Shown here: one piece after another, positions 37,705 through 45,494 of the stretch | How positions within the stretch are numbered: position 1 is the stretch's first letter | How the letters are laid out: each line of letters opens with the position of its first letter | Assembly: GCA_035358315.1 (NCBI GenBank) | Contig: DAOPPB010000001.1 | Coordinates: 1 to 59,688 of the forward strand | Direction: 5' to 3' | Length of the DNA stretch: 59,688 nucleotides | DNA from: a bacterium | GTDB taxonomy: Bacteria; Patescibacteriota; WWE3; UBA101185; UBA10185 | Made by a program: the position numbers and the translations under genes | Notes under the pieces: generated by a model | The model's database searches: none | What the model saw: only the letters and a program-made list of their open reading frames with translations | Told to the model about the DNA's origin: nothing

Positions 37705-37896
37705 TTCTTTTTTGCTTCTTATTTTTATATAGTTTTTAAAGTACCCTTCTGCCTTTCTCTTTTATCTTCCTTGACCTTGAACAAACACATTATAACTTAT
37801 AGTTTTATGTTTGTCAAGTGCTTTTGATAATTAATAAATAGTATAACTAGCTATTTTTCTCCCTTTATTAGGGATAATATACTATAAGTTTTTATA

Positions 37897-37918
37897 TTTG
37901 TCAAGTATATTTGACAAA
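37897..37918. promoter_or_regulatory. Palindromic operator candidate TTTGTCAA-N6-TTGACAAA overlapping TTGACA -35-like hexamers
   Basis: Perfect 8-bp inverted repeat 46 bp upstream of the TrmB-like gene ATG. The half-site TTTGTCAAGT with the same left flank (TATAA.TT.T.ATGTTTGTCAAGT) recurs at about 37795-37820. Confidence 0.55.
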
Positions 37919-37963
37919 ATAATAATTGACATAGTATTGGTCTTTTGGTATCTTCAAGAAGAT

Positions 37964-38740
37964 ATGTATTCAAAGATTTTAAAAGAGTCGGGATTAAAAG
38001 ATAAAGAAGCAATCGTTTATGACATATTATTAGAACACGGCACATTACCCGTTTCAGAAATCATAAAAAAATCAGGATTAAAAAGAGGTATAGTTTATAA
38101 AACACTTTATGATCTTCAAGATAAAGGTTTGGCCTCTCAAAAAATAATTAAAAAGAGGTTACATTTTAGTGCCGAACACCCATACAAACTCTCGGACCTT
38201 ATTGAAGAGCAGTTAAAGGAAGCACAAAACCATCAATTAACGTTACAAACCTATCTACCACAACTAATATCTGCCTTTAAAACCGGGGATAACAAACCAG
38301 GCGTGAAAATATACGAAGGGTTAAGCGGAATCAAAGAAGTTTACAACGACACATTAAAAGAGGGTAAGGAAATTTTGGCAATATTACAAACTTCGGAAGT
38401 GGAACCAAAAATTTACGAGTGGTTAACACACGTTTACAGCAAAAAAAGAGCGGATATGGGTATTTGGGCGAAAGTTATAGCAGCAGAGGACGTTAAAACG
38501 AAGGCGTATGTGAGTAAAAACGAGGCTGAAAAACGTGAAACAAGGGTTGTTCCCAAAGATAAGTTCCCTATTGGTATTGAAGTAGATATCTACGGTAACA
38601 AAGTGGCCTTTATAAACTTCCACAAAGATGGGGATTTAGTAGGCATTATTGTTCAAAACGAGCTTATTGCCAATACAATGTGTGCCATGTTTACATTAGC
38701 ATGGGAAAAAGCTGGCGACTATGTCACCCAGCTTCAGTAG
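37964..38740 (+). CDS. TrmB-family winged-helix transcriptional regulator
   Basis: N-terminus MYSKILKESGLKDKEAIVYDILLEHGTLPVSEIIKKSGLKRGIVYKTLYDLQDKGLA matches the TrmB HTH pattern. I use the ATG at 37964 rather than the upstream non-ATG start at 37898. Confidence 0.8.
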   Translation: MYSKILKESGLKDKEAIVYDILLEHGTLPVSEIIKKSGLKRGIVYKTLYDLQDKGLASQKIIKKRLHFSAEHPYKLSDLIEEQLKEAQNHQLTLQTYLPQLISAFKTGDNKPGVKIYEGLSGIKEVYNDTLKEGKEILAILQTSEVEPKIYEWLTHVYSKKRADMGIWAKVIAAEDVKTKAYVSKNEAEKRETRVVPKDKFPIGIEVDIYGNKVAFINFHKDGDLVGIIVQNELIANTMCAMFTLAWEKAGDYVTQLQ

Positions 38741-38746
38741 AAACTC

Positions 38747-40783
38747 TTAATATCTTCTAGAAGGTCTATGCGAAATTTCAAAATAAATCGTTCCATTTTC
38801 CATTTGTGTTCTTACCTCGCCTAATCTTCCTTGCCTATAGGATTCGCGCATATCCCAAAGTGCATCAGGTTGCCCCCCTCCCATATACATTATTGGGATA
38901 CCCATTGGCAACCCCCATGCATCCACATACCTGTTGTAGTCTATACCCGGGTCAAGTAATCCTATGGAGGCTACAGCGTAACTAAATTCCTGAGGGTCAA
39001 TTTCATCTACAACAAAATCTGGGTCTTTTTCTATAATGTAGTAACTATTATTAAATAGATTACTATCTCCTATTGGTGCCTCTTCTACTTTGTTTACTTT
39101 AAACCCAAATAGCTTTGCATACGCCCTAAATTGAGAATCGGTCATAGTCATCCTGTTAAATTTGTGTTTTTCATCAGGACCATCAAAGATGTTTCGCGTT
39201 CTCCCCGGTTCTACACCTAGTGACTCCAGATGTCTGGCATACCTGGTTATTTCCTCTGCATATTGATCCCGTACTTCTGAAACTCGATCTTCCGGTATTT
39301 TCGGAATATCTATAATACCAACGCCATTGTATGTCAGTACACGTTGCATTTCATCAAAGAAATTAGCCATTTTTTCTGGAGTATTGTTATGCAAAATAGT
39401 TCTACCCAAACAGTAAAATACCTCAGGAGACAAATCATCAAAGTAATTTCCATCGGGAAAAGGCATGTGATGCCAATCTGTCACAGCAACTTTAATAGAA
39501 GGGTCTTGTTCCTTAATTTTCCTGGCGTGATGCTGTTCATACTCCAAAGCCGTAACATCGTAACCTAATTTATGTAGAGGAACTGCATGCCTGCCTGTCC
39601 CGGCACCGACATCTATAATTCTTACCTGTCGTGCGGTCTTTCCAGTTCTCTCAGCAAATGCTTGTATTTGTTCTTGCACAATTCCTAACTCTCTAGTAGT
39701 TAATTCGGGATTATTTAAGACATACTGGTGAAAATCTACTGATTTATATATTTCGGTTAAGCTAGTCATTACCTGCTGAATATCTTGACCCTGTAATGTC
39801 TTGTATAAACGTGTTAACGCCTCGTTATTTCTGCTATGACTAGCTATTGACTCAATAGTAGGAACAACACCAAAAACATTCATTTCTTGAACAGCTAATA
39901 CAAGTCTAGCGCTATCACTTAACCCTTCAGAAGTAAGTAAGTCGGTCGCAACCTCTAATTCTTCCATTGTTTCTAGTTTTTCCAATACTTTTTTTACCGC
40001 ATGATTATTGCCTTCTTCAGCAAACTCCCGAGTTGCACGAACTACAAGAGGTAATAAATGTTCTCTCTCTTTATCGTATTCTCCCTTATTCCGTTGATAA
40101 CTTGGTCCGAATTCTTCACCTAGATAAGGACTGGTCATTTTAACTCGATTGTTCGCAACCCATAAGCGATATGTTAGGTATTCGAGCAATACCTCCCTCT
40201 GTTCAAAAGATTTATCAAAAAGTAATTGCTCTATTTTGGAAATACCAGAAAAAGCCGTTGTCTCCTCACCACTAAGTCTGGCCAATAAATCTCTTTTTCC
40301 TGGGTCTAATACCATTTCCATAGTCCGATGGTAATTCATTGCTTTACTATCCCAATAATCCTCAATAAATCTGTTCTCCTGGGTTGGCTTGCGGTAGAGC
40401 CGTTCAAACTGATTGAAGGAGAACCTCCACGCAGCTAAAACATGGCCAATATCTTCTTTTGTTCCCCCTGTTCTGATTATATTCCTGTGCGATTCCCAGG
40501 CGACACCGTCAATAGGTGCAAAATTTTCTATAGGTGTATATTCTTCGGCCACTTCGGGAACTCGGCTAATAATCTCAGCAAGTTGCTCGTGAGAAGTAAT
40601 ATTGGCTTCCAAACCCCATACAAAAACCGGCGATTCCTGATATTTTTTCGGGGATCCGTTAGTTTCAGTTGGTTCAGAAACTTTTGCATCGGGAAAAAAC
40701 TGATGTACTAAATCTTTATCAGCTTCTTTGTCCGGTGTAATGCTAACCACCTCTTCTTTTAGTTCTTCCGATGTAATGGGCAT
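38747..40783 (-). CDS. Large multidomain protein with central class I SAM-dependent methyltransferase fold
   Basis: RIIDVGAGTGRHAVPLHKLGYDVTALE (motif I and post-I) and LTYNGVGIIDIP. About 370 aa N-terminal and about 170 aa C-terminal are unassigned. A TTG at 40801 is the alternative start. Confidence 0.65.
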   Translation of the reverse strand: MPITSEELKEEVVSITPDKEADKDLVHQFFPDAKVSEPTETNGSPKKYQESPVFVWGLEANITSHEQLAEIISRVPEVAEEYTPIENFAPIDGVAWESHRNIIRTGGTKEDIGHVLAAWRFSFNQFERLYRKPTQENRFIEDYWDSKAMNYHRTMEMVLDPGKRDLLARLSGEETTAFSGISKIEQLLFDKSFEQREVLLEYLTYRLWVANNRVKMTSPYLGEEFGPSYQRNKGEYDKEREHLLPLVVRATREFAEEGNNHAVKKVLEKLETMEELEVATDLLTSEGLSDSARLVLAVQEMNVFGVVPTIESIASHSRNNEALTRLYKTLQGQDIQQVMTSLTEIYKSVDFHQYVLNNPELTTRELGIVQEQIQAFAERTGKTARQVRIIDVGAGTGRHAVPLHKLGYDVTALEYEQHHARKIKEQDPSIKVAVTDWHHMPFPDGNYFDDLSPEVFYCLGRTILHNNTPEKMANFFDEMQRVLTYNGVGIIDIPKIPEDRVSEVRDQYAEEITRYARHLESLGVEPGRTRNIFDGPDEKHKFNRMTMTDSQFRAYAKLFGFKVNKVEEAPIGDSNLFNNSYYIIEKDPDFVVDEIDPQEFSYAVASIGLLDPGIDYNRYVDAWGLPMGIPIMYMGGGQPDALWDMRESYRQGRLGEVRTQMENGTIYFEISHRPSRRY

Positions 40784-40976
40784 AAATTTATTATATTTCA
40801 AAAATTGAACAAAGTCGTTAGTTTTATAAGTGCAACGGGGGGCTTAGAATGTACTATTCTCCCTTCATGGTCCCGCTACACGATTACCCTACTCCCCAGC
40901 GGCTCCGGAAGTCTAACTTTTATTTGAAATGGGATCTTTTTCATGAAGTTACCAGGGAATAAATACTTCACCACGC

Positions 40977-41006
40977 TTAATTTATTCCTGTTGGAAGCGA
41001 CGACAT
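40977..41006 (-). pseudogene. Remnant of a ychF 5' end (MSSLPTGIN-stop)
   Basis: ATG TCG TCG CTT CCA ACA GGA ATA AAT TAA, compared with the genuine ychF ATG TCA TCA CTA TCA ATA GGA ATA ATC... Confidence 0.65.
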
Positions 41007-41049
41007 AGGTTTATTTTAGCAGTGAGATCGAAAAATGAAAATGAAAAAC
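40982..41049. repeat. Direct repeat copy B; putative att-like junction next to the tgt stop
   Basis: See 33963-34030. Confidence 0.8.
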
Positions 41050-41082
41050 AGAAATAGCGGAACTTTTTAAACATCTGCATTA

Positions 41083-42204
41083 TTATATTTCTTTCTGCAA
41101 TCTCTCCACCAGCAAACTATAAAATCTAAGATTATGTATGGTAGCCAACCTTAAAGATGTAGTTTCATCATTTTTAAAAAGATGATGCAGATAAGAGCGG
41201 TAATATCTTCTGCATAATAAGCAGTCACAAGCTTTACTCACGGGTTCTGTATCACAGTAATATTTTTGCTTGCATGGGTCAAAAAATGAGTAAAAATTAT
41301 CATCTCTAATGTCTATTTCGTTAATTGACTTAGCATTATAAACATATAATCTGCTATGACGAGCATCTCTAGTTGGAAGAACACAATCAAAAATATAAAA
41401 TCCTAAATCAAAACACTTAACAATCTCGTCGGGCTTTCCTACTCCCAGCCCATAAAGTAAATAATTTTCGGGCGAATTTTCCGCTATTATTCTAGGAACG
41501 TCAAAATTAAATTCCCCGTTTTCTCTTATCGGCCAGCCTCCGTACCCCAAGCCGTCGAAACCTATCTTTACCAGCTCTTTCGTGCAGTATTCTCGGAGAT
41601 CTAAATACTCTCCTCCCTGCACCACTCCCAAAATATAAGGTCTGTCTTTTTCATTCAGTTTTTCTTTTTCACAAATTCTTAAAAACTCCTCTTTTGATCT
41701 TTTTGCCCAAACAATCGTCCTTTCAACCGTTTCTTTCGCTTTTTCGTAAGTACATCCGGGCTCTGTAAAATCGTCCAAAACAACCACCATATCGGTTTTT
41801 AAAAGCATCTGAAACTGAATAGATTTTTCCGGGGTTAATTTTATCTTTTCCCCACCTTGAGGTTTAAATGTGACTCCCTCGTCTGTTATTAAGCCCCTTT
41901 TTTCGCTGTTTTTTGCCAGACTCATAACCTGAAAACCTCCCGAATCCGATATAACAGCGCCATTCCATGACATAAATTGTCTTATTCCGTCGTGTTTTTC
42001 AAGAACTCTTTTGCCCAAATCTTTGTACAAATGGTAAGTATTAACCAAAACCCCGGGCGTTTTCGTACTCTCTATGTCGGATGAATCTAGGGTTTTAATC
42101 ACTGCCCTTGTAGCATCAGGAAAAAACACCGGTAGAGGTATATCACCGAATTTTGTTTTAAATTTTTTAATCGTTCTTTTTGGAACCACAGTTGAATAAT
42201 ACAC
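41083..42204 (-). CDS. tgt: Queuine tRNA-ribosyltransferase (tRNA-guanine transglycosylase)
   Basis: Motifs VISDSGGFQVMSL, GLGVGKPDE and the zinc site CDCLLCRRYYRSYLHHL. GTG start. Confidence 0.92.
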   Translation of the reverse strand: MYYSTVVPKRTIKKFKTKFGDIPLPVFFPDATRAVIKTLDSSDIESTKTPGVLVNTYHLYKDLGKRVLEKHDGIRQFMSWNGAVISDSGGFQVMSLAKNSEKRGLITDEGVTFKPQGGEKIKLTPEKSIQFQMLLKTDMVVVLDDFTEPGCTYEKAKETVERTIVWAKRSKEEFLRICEKEKLNEKDRPYILGVVQGGEYLDLREYCTKELVKIGFDGLGYGGWPIRENGEFNFDVPRIIAENSPENYLLYGLGVGKPDEIVKCFDLGFYIFDCVLPTRDARHSRLYVYNAKSINEIDIRDDNFYSFFDPCKQKYYCDTEPVSKACDCLLCRRYYRSYLHHLFKNDETTSLRLATIHNLRFYSLLVERLQKEI

Positions 42205-42279
42205 ATTAAATAAATCTTTCCAACACTCTCTTACAGATTAATTATGGAAGTAAGAAAGGAAATGTCGTAATATTGTCCT

Positions 42280-42894
42280 ATGCTGGAAACATTAGAAAGA
42301 ACTATAGATGCAACAGAGAAACCACATAATTTTTCTTCAAATTTACCGGAGAAAAATCAGCCGGAAACAAGAAACGAAAAACCCGAAGATGAGTTCGTTA
42401 AAATAACCGATCCGGAGGAATTTTTGGAAAAATTCTTTGAAAGTGATGGGTACAAAGAGGCTTACGATAATTATTTCAAAGGAAAGAAACTTGATTCTGA
42501 TGTGACAGAAGAGGAAAAAGCAGATTCTTTTAACAGTTCGGATAATGCAAGAATAGCTCTCATAAATTTCTCCAGGAATAACAGAATCATAATTAAATAC
42601 GATCGGCGTATGTATTCGGAAGAGTTCAACAAGAATTTCCAAGATTATGTACACTCTATTGGGGACGTGAGAAAAAAGACAAAGTGGGTAGATGAAGACA
42701 AAATCAAAGGATGGGATCAAGACAGAAGAAGTTGCCACTCAAGATGTTCGGATACGCTAGTAAAAGATGGGGTTGTAAGATATAAAAATTTGGCCGAGGG
42801 TTTGGTACAATTACTTTCCATAGAAAAGGGTCTAGAAACTTTCGGCAACGCCGAAGAACCTACATATGAAAGAATTAGACGCTCTCTCGTATAG
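42280..42894 (+). CDS. Hypothetical acidic protein, 204 aa
   Basis: Long ORF with no recognisable motif and no obvious SD. Confidence 0.4.
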   Translation: MLETLERTIDATEKPHNFSSNLPEKNQPETRNEKPEDEFVKITDPEEFLEKFFESDGYKEAYDNYFKGKKLDSDVTEEEKADSFNSSDNARIALINFSRNNRIIIKYDRRMYSEEFNKNFQDYVHSIGDVRKKTKWVDEDKIKGWDQDRRSCHSRCSDTLVKDGVVRYKNLAEGLVQLLSIEKGLETFGNAEEPTYERIRRSLV

Positions 42895-43031
42895 TAATAG
42901 GATCTACCAAGAGATAAAAAATGTCACATAAGATACAAAATATCACAAACTCTTTCCTCCAATACACAAATGCTTGTAAAAACCTTTATCAGTGCTAGAA
43001 TCTCCAAAAATCAACAACAAAGGAGAGAAAG

Positions 43032-43355
43032 ATGGGAGATTTATTTTTGGAAGTCAGTGATCTTCTACCAAAAACGGATCGGTGCCAGGTATTTCGCATA
43101 AGCCTTGAGAGTGACGAAACTTTGATAGAGGTGCTTGAATCGTACTTTATTTTGATTACAAGGAAAGATAGCGGGGAAAGTAGTACAGAATATTCATCTA
43201 AAATCCGCAGGGGGAACGATGTAAACATAAATATTATAGGTACTGCAAAGTCGGAGAATTTGAGAGATATCATCCGTATTTCTCTTCAGATTGTTCTTGA
43301 CTACTTGCTAAAGGACAAATTGGCTTTAGAAGAGCTTCTAGAGTCGTTCAAATAA
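43032..43355 (+). CDS. Hypothetical protein, 107 aa
   Basis: Good SD (aaaggagagaaagATG) and a clean terminator immediately downstream. Confidence 0.5.
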   Translation: MGDLFLEVSDLLPKTDRCQVFRISLESDETLIEVLESYFILITRKDSGESSTEYSSKIRRGNDVNINIIGTAKSENLRDIIRISLQIVLDYLLKDKLALEELLESFK

Positions 43356-43366
43356 CTGCACTTAAA

Positions 43367-43409
43367 ATAGTCCAATTATCCCCCGCCGGAAACATTGGAC
43401 TATTTTTTT
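43367..43409 (+). terminator. Rho-independent terminator
   Basis: ATAGTCCAAT (43367-43376) pairs with ATTGGACTAT (43394-43403), followed by TTTTTT. Confidence 0.75.
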
Positions 43410-43505
43410 AAATCATTTTATTCGTGACTCCATTTTTACACCATTGGTATCAACTATGAGCACCAGTTCTTTAAAATATAAGAAAAATCCTCTATGATAT
43501 AAGCA

Positions 43506-45482
43506 ATGCCCGAAAATAATAAGTATCCAGGAAAAATTTTAAGGTGCCTGTCTCTTCTGGTTTTACTAGTTCTTCCGATTAGGACATTTGCTGATACAAC
43601 CCCTCCTGTTACAACTATCGAAAAATCCCCTCCTACTCCTGACGGAAAGAATTTGTGGTACAAGCAACCGGTAAAAATTACATTAATCGCAACTGACCTT
43701 GAAAGTGGTGTAAAAGAGATAAATTACAGAATTGATGGAAAAGTATGGGAAAAGAAAACTTTCTCCGATTCCCTTAATCTAGCTCCAAATCCGTCTTTTG
43801 AAATAATCGGTATGGACGCCCCTTTATACACACAAGACTGGAAAATAAGCAATTCGAGCCCCGGAGCAACTTACTCCAAAGATAGCTTAATTTACCAAAG
43901 TGATTTTCCAAACACTTCAATAAGGATAGAAGCAACAGAAAACAGTTGGCATGCCATAGATCACTCTGATATGTTTGCCGCCGCAAATTCATTTGACAAT
44001 ATGAGCGCCTATGTCTGGCTAAAAACATCCAGTGTATCGGGAAATGCATTTTTCAATGTTTACTCAATTTCTCAGGATGCTCTCGGACAAAAAACAATTT
44101 CCTTTATTAAATCCAGTCCTGTTTTAACAGGAACCAATGATTGGACAGAGATTTCAACGGTCTTTACACCAACAGCTGAAAATGTAATAGGAGTTTACTT
44201 AGAAATAGGTATTTACGGAACTGGAAAAATTTGGATTGACGCCGTAAATATAAGTAAATCGGGAAATCCGACAACCTCTTTTTATGTAAGTACAGACGGG
44301 AATCACACTGTTGAATATTATAGTATAGATAAAGCAAACAATACGGAAATAACAAAATCCATTGATCTCAAAATAGACCAAACTCCTCCGGGAAATTGGA
44401 GAGAATCAGGAGCAGTAAGGTCTTTATTCGGAAATGACCACCAGCTATATGTATGGACTCATGTTGATGATAAAACCTCAGGATTGTCAACATTAACGGA
44501 TAAATTTCAATATTTTGTACCCAGAATCAGTACTGAATTTGGAAGATTTCCCAACTTAAGCAGATGCGCAGGAACGTGGGAAGTAGACGGCTGGGCTATA
44601 CTTGCCAGCCCGCCTTTTCTTCCTGGTGTCAAGACAGCTTATCTAATAACTCCCATGGTAGACTTTTGCGACAGCGAGTGGTCAAAAAATTGCCACTTTA
44701 TTAGGTTTTACGCGGAGGACATGGCAGGAAATTCTTCCACACGAGACATGTGTATTAACGGACCATGGATAAAAATCAGGGGGAAAGGGATAGTAAGATC
44801 AAATCAAAATATAGATATGATATCGGAAGCTTACGAGGACAACACAGATGGTTTGGTAGAAACAGGCGGGCCATCAATAAATTTTTTCAGGTCCAGTATT
44901 GGCGCTTACGTCACCAACTCTCCCACTCCCACAGATTACACGTATCAAAAATTCTTTGACGAAGTAAAAGGGACAAAAAATCAAATATCAGCAACCGGAG
45001 ATCTTGTTGCATCTTCAGGAATATACTTCATAGATGGAGATTACAATATCACTTCGAATAAAATCCCCAGCAACTACGATGATATTTCATTCAATCAAAT
45101 AGTTTTTGTGAACGGAACTTTAACCATATCAAGCAATATAGAGATAGGAAATAATTCTACGGCGCTTTTTATTGTAAAGGGGAAAGAAGTATCGTCTGTC
45201 CCGATAGGTGTAAACATAGATAAATCGGTTTCAAACATTGAAGCAGGAATAATTACCGATGGAAACTTCTACACAGCGTACAACGCAGAAGAAGGAAAAT
45301 ATACATCAGATATAACACTAAGAGGAATTTTTATAGCAAATAGATTCTATTTCCAGCGAACTCTTCAGGGTACCAGAAATGAAAAATATCCATCGGACAT
45401 AATAATTTATGAACCCAAGTATGCAGTCAATCTTAATGATTATCTCGGAACGAATACGGTAAAATGGGTTTACTCCGATTAG
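43506..45482 (+). CDS. Secreted/surface protein with OmpL47-type Ig-like modules and a CBM4/9-like jelly-roll
   Basis: Signal peptide (LRCLSLLVLLVLPIRTFA). DTTPPVTTIEKSPPTPDGKNLWYKQPVKITLIATDLESGVKEINYRIDG, and a second HTVEYYSIDKANNTE...DQTPPGNW module. The NPSFE...W block is typical of CBM4/9. Confidence 0.65.
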   Translation: MPENNKYPGKILRCLSLLVLLVLPIRTFADTTPPVTTIEKSPPTPDGKNLWYKQPVKITLIATDLESGVKEINYRIDGKVWEKKTFSDSLNLAPNPSFEIIGMDAPLYTQDWKISNSSPGATYSKDSLIYQSDFPNTSIRIEATENSWHAIDHSDMFAAANSFDNMSAYVWLKTSSVSGNAFFNVYSISQDALGQKTISFIKSSPVLTGTNDWTEISTVFTPTAENVIGVYLEIGIYGTGKIWIDAVNISKSGNPTTSFYVSTDGNHTVEYYSIDKANNTEITKSIDLKIDQTPPGNWRESGAVRSLFGNDHQLYVWTHVDDKTSGLSTLTDKFQYFVPRISTEFGRFPNLSRCAGTWEVDGWAILASPPFLPGVKTAYLITPMVDFCDSEWSKNCHFIRFYAEDMAGNSSTRDMCINGPWIKIRGKGIVRSNQNIDMISEAYEDNTDGLVETGGPSINFFRSSIGAYVTNSPTPTDYTYQKFFDEVKGTKNQISATGDLVASSGIYFIDGDYNITSNKIPSNYDDISFNQIVFVNGTLTISSNIEIGNNSTALFIVKGKEVSSVPIGVNIDKSVSNIEAGIITDGNFYTAYNAEEGKYTSDITLRGIFIANRFYFQRTLQGTRNEKYPSDIIIYEPKYAVNLNDYLGTNTVKWVYSD

Positions 45483-45494
45483 AAACCATTGACC

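Larger units (their letters stand above)
34031..41049. mobile_element. Putative ~7-kb inserted genomic islet between ychF and tgt (no recombinase inside)
   Basis: It is bracketed by the 68-bp direct repeat. The cargo is entirely non-housekeeping, parts are visibly more GC-rich than the flanks, and it contains long non-coding stretches. Confidence 0.45.

Noticed and set aside
41083-42204. tgt as part of the inserted islet
   Set aside because: It is a standard bacterial Tgt with all catalytic and zinc motifs and GC content like the flanks, and it lies outside the direct repeats. I treated it as core.
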